Made by a program: the position numbers and the translations under genes. 64,000 nt of DNA from positions 4,384,001-4,448,000 of the forward strand of contig OZ251539.1 in the NCBI GenBank assembly GCA_965243135.1. The letters run 5' to 3'. Below, in pieces: positions 51,783 to 61,852 of this stretch (within the stretch, counting starts at the first letter, position 1; the number at the start of each line of letters is the position of its first letter). Under the pieces are notes generated by a model, which saw nothing but the letters and a program-made list of their open reading frames with translations, had not been told where the DNA came from and did not search any database. Source of the DNA: Alphaproteobacteria bacterium (GTDB lineage: Bacteria; Pseudomonadota; Alphaproteobacteria; MPNO01; UBA830).

Positions 51783-51979
51783 TCTCCTTGTACGCCTCGC
51801 GCAAAAAAACCTTCGGCATCAAGCTTATCTGGCGAGTTCCTTCATAGGAATACCCCCCCCTGTCAACTCCGAAGTGCAACGCCGGCGGGCGCAGTTGATA
51901 GAAGGCTTCGGACCTCATGAATGAGGCTCTCGGACCGGCACTGGAACGTTCTCCCGGTGCCGGACAGCGGCTCCCGGCC

Positions 51980-53524
51980 TCAAACGGTCTCGAACTCGAA
52001 CCCGACGATGTTGCGCTCCTCCCGGCCGAACTCCACCCCGATCAGGTGGACCTGCACGCCCGGACGCCGGTACTTGTCCGCGTAGCCGCGTTCCCGAATC
52101 TGCGCCAGAGCCCGGCCTTGCGGCTTCCCGTCCGCGACCTTGAACTCGAACAGGTAGACGCCGCCGCCATACAGGACCGTCAGGTCCGAACGGCCGCGCG
52201 CCGTGCTCTCCTCCGCGCGGACGTCCATCCCCGCCGCCACGAAGTGCGAGTAGAACACGCTCGCGTAGTGCGCCTCGTAGCCCGCCATGCCCGTGTTCGC
52301 GTACCACTCGTTCGGAATGCTCGCCAGGAACGCCCGGAACCGCCGCTCGAGGCCCGCGAAGTCGTTCGTCCGCATCAGGCGGCGCAACTCCCGGCTCTCC
52401 GCCGCGACCGCGACGTCCGGCGCCATCGCCTTCAGCAGGAGCGCGTTCAGGCTGCGCTTCACCTCCTGGTTCGGGTAGTCCAGCCGGTAGAAACGAACGC
52501 CCTCGTCCTGCTCTTCGCCGACGATGGTCAGGTAGCCGGTCTGGAACAGCAGCGCCTCGACGGGAATGCGGTCGATATCGATGGCCGACAGCAGATCGTC
52601 GTCCGCAACCAGGTCCTCCAGGGCCGGCGGCGCGAACCGGCGCCGCGACAGAAGGTCGGCGAGGAAGGTCGGCGTGCCGGTCCGGAACCAGTGCGCCTCG
52701 AACTCGCGCGTTTCGAAGAGAAGGAGAATGTCGAACGGGTTGTAGACCTTGTCCGCGCCGCGCCAGTTGTAGCCGTTGTACCAGCGCTGGACTTCCTTCC
52801 GGTCCAGGCCCTCGAGTTCCGGGGCGAAGACCGCGTCCAGTTCCGCGTCCGTGTAGCCGCAGATGGCGCCGAAACGCGGATCGAGGGTGATGTCGCGCAG
52901 GTTGTTCAGGCCCGAGAACAGGCCCGCCTGCGAGAACTTGCTCACCCCCGTCAGGAAAACGAAACGGAGCTGCTCGTCGCACTCCTTGATCATCGCATAG
53001 AAGCCGCGCAGGAAGTCGCGGTTTGCCGCCGCCAGTTCCCGGTCGCCGAGCGCGTCCAGAATCGGCTTGTCGTATTCGTCCACCAGAACGACCGCCCGCC
53101 GCCCGGTGCGCTCGTGCAGCGTCCTTATCAGGCGCCGGAAACGGATCGACGCCTCGGCAGGTTCCGGTTCGAGGCCGGCCAGCCGCTCCGTCTCCTCCAA
53201 CTGGTCTTCCACGTCTTTCCGAACGAAGTTCGAGGTGTCGAAATTGCCCCCGCCGAAGCTGATCCGCACGACCGGATGGCGCGCCGACCAGTCCCACTTG
53301 CCGTGCACGGCGAGGCCCCGAAACAACTCCTCGCTTCCCTCGAACAGCTTCTGCAGCGTGTCCACCAGCAAGGTCTTGCCGAACCGGCGCGGACGCGACA
53401 GGAAATAGTACCTGCCTCTCTCGACGAGGCGGCGTACATGGTCCGTCTTGTCGACGTAGTAGCAGTCCAGTTCCCGAATCGTCCGGAGGGAGGACATGCC
53501 AGTCGGCAGCATGCGTCTCGTCAT
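51980..53524 (-). CDS. AAA-ATPase-like protein with C-terminal PD-(D/E)XK nuclease
   Basis: YVDKT, SRPRRFGKT, DEYDKP, FLTGVSKF, YNPF, GRSD...FEFK and ALAQI motifs. Confidence 0.93.
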   Translation of the reverse strand: MTRRMLPTGMSSLRTIRELDCYYVDKTDHVRRLVERGRYYFLSRPRRFGKTLLVDTLQKLFEGSEELFRGLAVHGKWDWSARHPVVRISFGGGNFDTSNFVRKDVEDQLEETERLAGLEPEPAEASIRFRRLIRTLHERTGRRAVVLVDEYDKPILDALGDRELAAANRDFLRGFYAMIKECDEQLRFVFLTGVSKFSQAGLFSGLNNLRDITLDPRFGAICGYTDAELDAVFAPELEGLDRKEVQRWYNGYNWRGADKVYNPFDILLLFETREFEAHWFRTGTPTFLADLLSRRRFAPPALEDLVADDDLLSAIDIDRIPVEALLFQTGYLTIVGEEQDEGVRFYRLDYPNQEVKRSLNALLLKAMAPDVAVAAESRELRRLMRTNDFAGLERRFRAFLASIPNEWYANTGMAGYEAHYASVFYSHFVAAGMDVRAEESTARGRSDLTVLYGGGVYLFEFKVADGKPQGRALAQIRERGYADKYRRPGVQVHLIGVEFGREERNIVGFEFETV

Positions 53525-53880
53525 CTGGAGAGAGTAGGCCGCCGAACCGGAGCCGTCAAGGAGGAGGCGTTTGCACCGTTCCGTTTTTGTCGGCTGCCGT
53601 CCGCTCGGTGCCCGCGGATTGCCGGTCGCCCGTCAGCAGACCCGCAAGGGTCGCGCAGGCGGGCGAATTCGGAGCAAAAACGAAATATCCGGTCGCTCGG
53701 TGCCGTCCGTCAAGCTCGGGACGGGCCGCGAAGCGGGCGGATGCGAAGCGGCTTGGGGCGGAATCCGCGAAAACGGCGTTTTCGGCGTGGAAAATTCGCA
53801 GTTTTCCATACCCGAATCCGGATAATCGGCCCCCTTGAAACCTGCCTGCATTTCAAGATGTTGGGAACAACGCAAGAATC

Positions 53881-54020
53881 TCAAAGAGCGACCTCCGTGT
53901 CCTGTTCGGTCGCCACCCGGACCGGTTCTGCAGACATGATTATTTGGCGAGTTCTCTCATGGCAATACTGTCCCTCGACATGGTCCTGTCAGCTATTTCC
54001 ATGGATCTCTCGAACTCTTC
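53881..54020 (-). pseudogene. Remnant of an AbrB-type antitoxin C-terminus and possible Doc toxin start
   Basis: EEFERSMEIADRTMSRDSIAMRELAK* (53940-54020) followed 2 bp later by MSAEPVRV. Confidence 0.55.
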
Positions 54021-54662
54021 CTAATCAAGGTTTTCGATAAAGTTTTCGACTTTTTTCCATGCATCGCCTGTTATGTCCGGACTGACCGGACCTGGATCTT
54101 TCGTCACGCCTGGAACTTGCCACGCCGTCTGCGGCAAATGCCAGAAGCGATATCGTTTGGCGACGACAAGTCGCTTCCCGGATTTTGCGAGCGGGAGCAT
54201 GCATTCCAGCAACCAGTCTCTTGTAAACTTCACGGATCGAAGACGTTTCAGAGTTTTCTGGTTATCGGCCTCCTGGCTGATCCTCGGACTTCTATAGGCG
54301 CAGGCGTTTACCAGAGCGGCACGACCGTCGAACAGGTATCTCCCGTAATTCACCTTATGATAATATGGAGACACCGAGTTCCAGTCCGCAGTCGATGGCG
54401 ATACGATCCGTTCCAGATAGTCGGATATGGCCGTTTCGCCTGCGAACTCCTGCGGCGTCATTGCCGGATTATATCCTCCGTTCGCAGCGAGAATAATGAC
54501 CGGAGCGCGAAGAATGTCGCCGACGAACGCGCCAGCGGGAAAATCGAGATTGAAGGAATGCGGCGAATTGAGCAGTACGTCGGCATCTTCCGGGTGAACC
54601 CATTTGCCCTTTATGGGTTTCGTCTGCTTTTTCCAGAAATCGATGATCGCCTCGATTTTCAT
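54021..54662 (-). CDS. Hypothetical protein, possible uracil-DNA-glycosylase-like fold
   Basis: GGAG RBS; PAGAFVGDILRAPVIILAANGG resembles UDG-superfamily motif A. Confidence 0.6.
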   Translation of the reverse strand: MKIEAIIDFWKKQTKPIKGKWVHPEDADVLLNSPHSFNLDFPAGAFVGDILRAPVIILAANGGYNPAMTPQEFAGETAISDYLERIVSPSTADWNSVSPYYHKVNYGRYLFDGRAALVNACAYRSPRISQEADNQKTLKRLRSVKFTRDWLLECMLPLAKSGKRLVVAKRYRFWHLPQTAWQVPGVTKDPGPVSPDITGDAWKKVENFIENLD

Positions 54663-54692
54663 TGCTCGTCTCCACCGTTCTGACAAGGACTT

Positions 54693-54788
54693 TCCGGAGA
54701 GGCCGCCCGAAAAGGCGGCTCTCTCGGATATTCTTCCGCCGCCGACGCGTTAGCGGGAGGCAGGACGGCGCGGGTTCCGCCGTCCTGC
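54693..54788. terminator. Two GC-rich hairpins downstream of the Rieske gene (terminator or REP-like)
   Basis: gagaggccgcc-cgaaaa-ggcggctctctc and a perfect 11-bp stem gcaggacggcg-N7-cgccgtcctgc (54760-54788). Confidence 0.5.
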
Positions 54789-54796
54789 GTGAGAGG

Positions 54797-55861
54797 CTAC
54801 TCGGCGGCGATCGCCAGCCCCGGCTCCGCCGCGACCTTCCGGTCGATCATCGCGCGAGCGGCGATCGAACCCGCGTCCTGGATCGTGTCCACTGTCGGAC
54901 GCTCGTCCCAGTTCTCCTGCTGCTTGTTGAACACCTCCCAATCCTGGTGAAACGCCGTGAAGATCTGCTGGTATTGCAACTCCGTCATCTCCGGCGTCAC
55001 CGCCTTCCCCGGAATGTTGTAGGCGTTCGACCAGAAATAATGCGTCGTCGTCGCCGTCTCCGGCGTCACGAAGTTCAGGTTGTGGAAGCCGAAACCTCCC
55101 TCCGGAACGTCCCGCTCGATGTCCGTGAAGCCGAACTCCCGGCCTTCCGCAGCCCCCGGAGCCGCCCCCGTGAACAGGCGCACCGCCCCCGGCATCCGGA
55201 ACTCGATGATCTGCCAGCGGTCCACGATCGCGTCCGCGCTCCAGCCGCCCATCTTCTGATACGTCGGAGCCGGATTCTGCCCCACCGTCCAACGCGCGAC
55301 CGTCACCGAATCCTCGTCCTTCAGCGTCCGCACCCGCGCCGCCTCCGCGACCGCCGCGTTGCCGATCGTCGAACGGTGCACGAAACCAAGATGCGACAAG
55401 TCCAGAAGATTGTCGACGATCAGACGGTAGTCGCACTTCACGTAGAAATACGTCCCCTTGTCGCCCCAATCCGACGACGTCTTCCACGGATACGGTACGA
55501 TCCTCCCCTCGTCCGCGAGCGCCGGATCCCCCATCCAGATCCACACCCAGTTGTACTTCTCCACGACCGGAAACGTCCGCACCCGCGCTCCCGGCGGTAT
55601 CGTCGCCTGGCCCGGAACATGGACGCACGCCCCGTCGCCGTCGAACTGCAGACCGTGATAGTAGCACTCCATCCGGTCGCCGATCAGCTTCCCCTTCGAC
55701 AACGGCATCCGGCGATGGCAGCAACGGTCCTCGAACGCCACCGGCGTCCCGTCCTCGCGACGCCAGAAAACGACCTTCTCGTCGCAGATCGTCCGCGACA
55801 TCGGCGTCCGACCGACCTCCCCCGGCTCGGCGCAGACGTACCACGTGTTTTTCAGAAACAT
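54797..55861 (-). CDS. Rieske non-heme iron oxygenase alpha subunit (VanA-like demethylase group)
   Basis: CCHR...CYYHG Rieske motif; DNLLDLSHLGFVH mononuclear iron motif. Confidence 0.93.
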   Translation of the reverse strand: MFLKNTWYVCAEPGEVGRTPMSRTICDEKVVFWRREDGTPVAFEDRCCHRRMPLSKGKLIGDRMECYYHGLQFDGDGACVHVPGQATIPPGARVRTFPVVEKYNWVWIWMGDPALADEGRIVPYPWKTSSDWGDKGTYFYVKCDYRLIVDNLLDLSHLGFVHRSTIGNAAVAEAARVRTLKDEDSVTVARWTVGQNPAPTYQKMGGWSADAIVDRWQIIEFRMPGAVRLFTGAAPGAAEGREFGFTDIERDVPEGGFGFHNLNFVTPETATTTHYFWSNAYNIPGKAVTPEMTELQYQQIFTAFHQDWEVFNKQQENWDERPTVDTIQDAGSIAARAMIDRKVAAEPGLAIAAE

Positions 55862-56202
55862 GCCTCGACCCTCCTCTTTCTCCCCCGCAGTCTAATCACC
55901 GATCAACGCGCCTTCAAATCGAAGCGGCCGCGGATTGCCCGCGAAGAAGCTCCGACCGCAAACGAGCCGAAACGGCTCCGTGACGGCCTTCAGAAGCGAT
56001 CCGGCTCGCGGCGCGCCAACATCGTTGGGTCGGCCCGGAAATTGTCGCTCCGAGATCCTTGGCCTCAGAACGCGGAGCGAATTGCGCCGTCGAGGGCGCG
56101 CCCGCCCTTCTTGCCCGGCGTGTCCCGCTTGCGGCGCCGCTCCCGTCTTTCTATAGAAGGGGTCGGATGATTGTCCGAGATGACCCGCTTCAGGAGGCAC
56201 CG

Positions 56203-56598
56203 ATGGAAAACCGTGCGTTCTATCCCGAAATCATGCAGCCGCCGCTCGGCAAATACGCTCACGGGGTGGAAGTCCCCGAGAACGCCAAGCTGACCTTCGT
56301 CGCGGGCCAGGTAGGAATCGATTTCGAAGGCGATCTGCCCGAGGATTTCGCCGCCCAGGCGCACAACGCCTGGAAGAACTGCCTCGCCGTGCTCGAGCAT
56401 AACCGGCTCAGGATCAGCGACGTCGTCAAGATCACCCACTTCATCACCGATCCCGCGAACCTGCCCGCGTACAACGAAGTCCGCGCCGCCTATCTCGGCG
56501 AAAGCCGGCCGACCTCGACCCTTCTTGTCGTCGCCGGTCTCGCCGACCCGAAATTCCTCGTCGAAGTAGAAATGATCGCCGCTACGACCAGGAGATAG
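56203..56598 (+). CDS. RidA/YjgF family protein
   Basis: AGGAGG RBS; YAHG, VAGQVG, PTSTLL and LVEVEMIA motifs. Confidence 0.9.
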   Translation: MENRAFYPEIMQPPLGKYAHGVEVPENAKLTFVAGQVGIDFEGDLPEDFAAQAHNAWKNCLAVLEHNRLRISDVVKITHFITDPANLPAYNEVRAAYLGESRPTSTLLVVAGLADPKFLVEVEMIAATTRR

Positions 56599-56680
56599 AG
56601 AGCGCAAACGACGACGCCCGAACGCCATGCGACCGGCGCGGCAGTCGTCCGCAAGCTGAAACAAGGACGCCATCGCAACC

Positions 56681-56839
56681 ATGTCCCGCCTCTGGATCGT
56701 CGCCGCCGCGATCCTCTTTCTCCTTGTCTGGTTCTTCTTCATCAGGATCGTGACGGTGCTGGTGATCGTGCTGGCGGTAGGGGGCGGCGCATGGATCTGG
56801 TGGGAAATCCGCCAGCTCAGGAAGGCCGTGGGACGGTAG
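56681..56839 (+). CDS. Small membrane protein (52 aa, not in the ORF track)
   Basis: MSRLWIVAAAILFLLVWFFFIRIVTVLVIVLAVGGGAWIWWEIRQLRKAVGR*. Confidence 0.6.
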   Translation: MSRLWIVAAAILFLLVWFFFIRIVTVLVIVLAVGGGAWIWWEIRQLRKAVGR

Positions 56840-57914
56840 CGGCCCTTTCGGCGATCTGCCGCACGCGTTCAGGCGACGCGCCGATACCTTCCTTGATCAG
56901 AATATAGAGCGCCACAGCGCTCACCCTCTCCGTGCCGAGCGGGTTGCAAACGATTTCGCCGTCCGGTGCGTCGGCATAGGCGATAGGAGTGCCTACGCCT
57001 TCCCGGATCAGTTCCGCGGCGAGTTCGCCCCAAAGCGTCGCTTGGATTTCGATCTCGTAACGCACGCACTCGTCGCCATGCGCGGTAAACAGGTTTTCGA
57101 TGATGAATTCCGAACCCGGCGCAACCATGGCGCGAACCACCATTTCCGGATATCCGCGCATTGGCCGCATGACCGCGGAAGCGCCGGCTTCGCGCAGCCG
57201 CGCGCGATTCCGGTCATCGACGCACTCGGCAAGAATCGATCCGGGCGCCCCGCGCAGCCGGTGAACGATATCGAAAGTCACGCTGTCGGTAGCGGGAGTC
57301 CGGTCTCCGGCGAGCACGACGACCGCCGCCGCCCGCGCCGCGTCCGCCGCCTCGATCCCGTCTTCGGTCTCGCCCTTGCCGTGAACGTGCGCCACGCCCA
57401 GTTCCCTGAGACTCGCGGGCAATCCTTCGGGCCACGCCTCGGTCAGAATCAGCACAGGCCGGTCCCGGCCCCATTCCGTCTCGCGGAACTGCCGGATCAG
57501 CGTCGCGAAATACTGTTCGGCGCCTGACTGCGGCGCATTGATCAAGAGCGCATGATTTTTCAAGTTCCACCTCCACTGGCCCTTGGCCATCCGTTGCCGC
57601 CGCGCCGTACGGTAATCGAAATAGTCCCCAGCGCCCTTTGCCAGCAAGAAGATCCCGCCCGCATAGACCAAAGCGACAGTGGCGACGCGCCCGGCCGCGC
57701 TGGAAGCGGACAGGTCGCCGTAACCGACCGTGGTGATCGTCGTCGCGGTCAGCCAGGCCGCATCGCCGGGCGACAGTCCCTCGAAAAGCATCATCGCAGC
57801 CGCGTGCAGGAAAAATATGCCCGCGAGGTAGAGCGACAACAGCAAGACAGCGCGCCCCGGATTCACCTCTCCGGGCACCGTGAGCCGACGGCGGCGGCGC
57901 CAATACATCAACAT
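56817..57914 (-). CDS. Potassium channel protein with RCK (TrkA-N-like) domain
   Basis: TTVGYGD selectivity filter between two TMs; C-terminal RCK-like region. Confidence 0.9.
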   Translation of the reverse strand: MLMYWRRRRRLTVPGEVNPGRAVLLLSLYLAGIFFLHAAAMMLFEGLSPGDAAWLTATTITTVGYGDLSASSAAGRVATVALVYAGGIFLLAKGAGDYFDYRTARRQRMAKGQWRWNLKNHALLINAPQSGAEQYFATLIRQFRETEWGRDRPVLILTEAWPEGLPASLRELGVAHVHGKGETEDGIEAADAARAAAVVVLAGDRTPATDSVTFDIVHRLRGAPGSILAECVDDRNRARLREAGASAVMRPMRGYPEMVVRAMVAPGSEFIIENLFTAHGDECVRYEIEIQATLWGELAAELIREGVGTPIAYADAPDGEIVCNPLGTERVSAVALYILIKEGIGASPERVRQIAERAATVPRPS

Positions 57915-58761
57915 TGCCGTGCAGCCTTCTGCCGTTCAGGCGTCCTCGACATTCGCCGACCGGACAAGAAAAATCCGCGCAATCTTCGCAGAGCCGCCCG
58001 CGAGCCGCCGACCAGCGGACTGCACGAACGCAAGGACGAGCGCGGCATGGATCTACGCTTCACTCGACAATACCCGTCCTCGGTAGCGCACCCCTGGAAG
58101 CGCGTCTGTCCATGAAGCCGGACATCCCGACCCAAGATTCCCGATCCTTTCGTTCCGGCGCGGCGAACATCGGTTGCGACACTCCAGATCCAGCGTTCCT
58201 GAAACGACGCCCCGCGGCGCATCCTGCAACCGACCTGCGTAGCGATCGAGCATTCCGTTCTCGGCCGCCCACGCGACCCTGGTTTTGCGCCGACGGGCCC
58301 GGCAAGGCTTCGCGTTCGTCGGTGGTCGGCGCAAGTCCTGATACCGATGTTCGACAGCGAGGCCCTCGTTCTGCAGGAATGCCTGCACGAACTCGGGTCG
58401 TTCGGCTTGACGATGACGCGACCGACCGACCCGCCTGCACAGTATATCCACTGACGGCTTGCGCGAAACCCGCAACTCGAAGGCAGCACATTACGGAACC
58501 GCACGCCGCGTCCCTCGCGGCCGGTACCCGGCGGAAGACGGGCGCAGCGCACGCGGAGTTGGCGCTTGCCGGAAAAGGTGCCTGACATGCGCTTCGAGAT
58601 CGCTCGCGAAACAGGCCGGAACCCGGCTTCCACTATGGCGCCTCCAAACGAGACGGGAAATTTCCCGCAAACGCTTGCGAGATCCCCGGCCGCAGCCAAG
58701 GCACCATCGTGCGGGACGAATGACGGCGCGCCGCCAGAAAAAATAGTAGGCGTTCGCAGCC

Positions 58762-61700
58762 CTACGATCCCGCAGCGTTTGCCTGCGACAGTTTCCGCCT
58801 CAATTCCGAAAGTTCGCGCTGGATGTCTTGGGCGACTTCCGCAACCTCTCGGGCCACGCGAGGTTCCTGTCCGAGTTCGCGTCGCAAAGCAGTGATGAAG
58901 GGCAACAGAAGCCTCGCGGACGGAGACGCCTCGGCGAGGTCGATTACCGTCGCCGTATCGCCGCGCAGGCTCAGATATCCCAACACGCCGATACAGTCCA
59001 TCGGCAGCGGGACGATTGTCGGCAGAAGCGCCAGCATGTCCGCCACATCGCTCGTCCACGAGGCCCGATCGCCGATTTCGCGACGGGCAATGGCCCGAAT
59101 GCCGTATCCCTTGATCCGGACAGAGGAATTCGCGTTTTCCAACGCCCCCGTCGCCAAGCTGGCAGCTGCCTCGTAGCGTCTGTTCTTCATCTGAAATTCG
59201 GCGCCTTCGAGAATCAGAGACGGAATCCGTTCGCGCATTACTCGCAAAAAATGGTACTGCGAATGCGTTTCTTCGCACTCGTCGATTATTTGTACAGCCT
59301 GTCGAAAAGCGTTTTGCGCCTCTTTCGATCGATACAGCCCGATCAGCGTGGAGCCCTTCGTCACCAGCGCCCACGCGATCAGTAGCCCCGCATCGGGGAT
59401 TTCCCGCGTCTTGAGCGAGGCAACGGTTTCGTCAAGAATTGTCAGTGCGTCTTCCGGCCGGCCGGCCATTGTCAGCGCATAACTCTTCGCGACGGACACA
59501 AATGCCAAGGTTTCGAACGATTCTTCGGCAGTCTTCGCCCGGTCAAGGGTGCTCAGCCCTTCTTCCGTTCGGTCCGCCGCCGCCTGCGCAAACCCTTTCG
59601 CCGCAAGCGCCAACGCAAGGAGGAAAGCGTTCTCGGATTCGCCGCTCAACCGGTCGACGGCCTCTTCCGAAGTCTTGAGCGCCTCTTCCGTCCGTTCCAT
59701 GGTCATCAACGCAAACGACTTCATCGTCAATGCCTCGACGGCAATCGGCTCACGTATATTTCCCGCCCGCCTAATGGCCTCGTCGAAGTCCTTCAGAGCC
59801 TCTTCCCGCCGGTTCATCGTAAAATGCACGAAGCCCCTCGTCGTGAACGCTTGCGCCACAGCGAGAGCAACCGGAGGGTCATCGTTCGTCCTGAATTGTT
59901 TTACGATATCGTCCAGCATTGCCAATGCGGTTTCCGGCTTCATGGTTATCGCAGCCAAACTTTTCATTGTCAGCGCCTGTGCGATGGCCGGAGCGACCCT
60001 CGGCTCCTTGCTGGCACCGAACATCCGTATGGTTTCGTTAAAAGCGTTCAACGCTTCTTCCGGTCGATTCAGATCATCGAGCGCGACGCCCCGGCTTGCC
60101 AGAGCCTGCGCTACCGCCTGAACGGCGAACGGGTTTTCGATTCCGTCGAACCGCTCTACGGTTTCGTCAAGAACGCTCAGCGCTTCCTCGGGACGACCCG
60201 CCGCAATCAGCGCGGCACCCTTGTTCATAAAGGCGATTGCGACCGCCGGGTAATCGGTTTGCCCAAATCTCCTTATTGTTTCGTCAAGAACGTTCAGCGC
60301 TTCCTCGGGGCGATCCATCACAGTCAGCGCGAACCCCTTGTTCACAAGAGCCCGCGCAATCTGTGGCGCGATTTCCGGTGCGTCAGTCTCGCCGAATTCT
60401 TCAATTAGGCCATCATATATCTTCATCGCGTCTGGAATTTCTCCTGATTCCAAGAAAGCATTTCCCTTGTCTATGGAGTCGGAAATCCGGGATGCAACAA
60501 CGGCCATGTTTTCGCCGTCTCCTGATAAAATTCCGCCCGCCATTTCGTCAACTTTGTTGAGGAATCTGCCGTGAAATCCAATCATCATTGGCGCTACATG
60601 CTTTTGCGCAGCGCCGTGAAGCAAGCTTCCGCCGGCTCCTTCCTCCGCAATTCGCGCCACTATGTCCCTTAGTTGGGGCGACGAATAGAAGGACGCCATG
60701 AAACGGATGAGCGATTCGACCATGCTGTCCAAACCTCCGCGCCCTCTCCGGAGAAGATAATAGATGTTGTACAGTCGTTCGGTGACACAATACTGTTTGC
60801 GACGCGCCGAACCTCCAGCGGTCTGCACAACGCCCCTCTCGGAAAGACGTTGAAGCTGGGCGCTGCATTTGCTTGTGTCGAGCCGCGCCCTATCGGCGAT
60901 TTCCCTTGCGGTCGCAGGCTTCCAGAGTTCTGCAAGAGCAAGGTAAACTCGCCGTTCCTGAGCCGGGAGCGCGTCGAGATGGCCCTTGAAGTACTCCGTG
61001 TGATCGTCGATCAAACTCAGCAGATTGTCCATGAGTTCGCCTAACGACGGCTTCGCGCTAAAACGCGCCACGATCATGACCAACCTGGGATTGCCGCCGG
61101 TCAGTATCTCGATTGATCGGGCGGCTTCCGGAGCGGGAGGTTGGCCGGATACCGTCTCCCAGAGAGCCGCGCACTCGCCCGTGCGAAGGGGGTGCAACGC
61201 AACGACCCGAAAAAAACCGTAGAACGCTTCGCTCGGCTCGTCGATCTGCATGAACCGGCCGGTAGCGCTGGCGAGCAAGACGATGCGAGGTTCCGTTTGG
61301 AAAATCTGACGAAGCCGCCATGCATCGTGGGACTCGGCCATGCTAGCCAAAATCATGTTCATGTTCTCGACGAGAATCACCAGCCGCTTGCCTTCGCGAT
61401 CCGCGAAATCGAGCAGCGCACTCAGGCAAAGCGCGGAAAGCGCATAATCGTCCCGCTCGTTTCTCAGATCGTCCCGACTTAGGAGCAGATCGGGATCGCC
61501 ATCCCGCCGCGGCGCCTGTTCGGCCAGATGAGACAGGCATTCCAGCCAGAATTCCCCGCAGGTGCCTATCTCGTAACTTTCCTCGGGAAAAACGACGGGA
61601 AACAAGCGGGACGAAAGCTCGCTATCGCGCCGGATTTCGATCGCGGCCCGCAGAAGCAGGGTCGTCTTGCCGCTTCCGCGCGGACCGATCACCATCATGT

Positions 61701-61836
61701 GCGGATTGGAAGCACCTGTGCATTCGCGCAGGGTTTCGACGACCGATTCGAATTCCCTCCTGCGTACGCAGAACGACTCCGCGAGCTGATCGTCGGTCAG
61801 GAATCCCGGGTTGTATTTCACGGCGGCGACGGACAT
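58762..61836 (-). CDS. P-loop ATPase-winged helix-TPR protein (1024 aa), cassette copy 2
   Basis: KYNPGFL, GPRGSGKTT, ILVEN, TGGNPRL, wHTH TAREIADRARLD, then TPR-like repeats. Confidence 0.88.
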   Translation of the reverse strand: MSVAAVKYNPGFLTDDQLAESFCVRRREFESVVETLRECTGASNPHMMVIGPRGSGKTTLLLRAAIEIRRDSELSSRLFPVVFPEESYEIGTCGEFWLECLSHLAEQAPRRDGDPDLLLSRDDLRNERDDYALSALCLSALLDFADREGKRLVILVENMNMILASMAESHDAWRLRQIFQTEPRIVLLASATGRFMQIDEPSEAFYGFFRVVALHPLRTGECAALWETVSGQPPAPEAARSIEILTGGNPRLVMIVARFSAKPSLGELMDNLLSLIDDHTEYFKGHLDALPAQERRVYLALAELWKPATAREIADRARLDTSKCSAQLQRLSERGVVQTAGGSARRKQYCVTERLYNIYYLLRRGRGGLDSMVESLIRFMASFYSSPQLRDIVARIAEEGAGGSLLHGAAQKHVAPMMIGFHGRFLNKVDEMAGGILSGDGENMAVVASRISDSIDKGNAFLESGEIPDAMKIYDGLIEEFGETDAPEIAPQIARALVNKGFALTVMDRPEEALNVLDETIRRFGQTDYPAVAIAFMNKGAALIAAGRPEEALSVLDETVERFDGIENPFAVQAVAQALASRGVALDDLNRPEEALNAFNETIRMFGASKEPRVAPAIAQALTMKSLAAITMKPETALAMLDDIVKQFRTNDDPPVALAVAQAFTTRGFVHFTMNRREEALKDFDEAIRRAGNIREPIAVEALTMKSFALMTMERTEEALKTSEEAVDRLSGESENAFLLALALAAKGFAQAAADRTEEGLSTLDRAKTAEESFETLAFVSVAKSYALTMAGRPEDALTILDETVASLKTREIPDAGLLIAWALVTKGSTLIGLYRSKEAQNAFRQAVQIIDECEETHSQYHFLRVMRERIPSLILEGAEFQMKNRRYEAAASLATGALENANSSVRIKGYGIRAIARREIGDRASWTSDVADMLALLPTIVPLPMDCIGVLGYLSLRGDTATVIDLAEASPSARLLLPFITALRRELGQEPRVAREVAEVAQDIQRELSELRRKLSQANAAGS

Positions 61837-61852
61837 CGGCCTTTTCCCTAAC

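Noticed and set aside
54021-54023. Programmed TAG readthrough (pyrrolysine)
   Set aside because: No pyl genes in the window; insertion or a nonsense mutation is simpler
51917-54040. 707-aa plus-strand ORF
   Set aside because: Shadow of the AAA-PD-(D/E)XK gene
57920-58760. Short ORFs in the spacer between the K+ channel and cassette 2
   Set aside because: No recognisable motif or consistent coding frame; possibly decayed gene sequence
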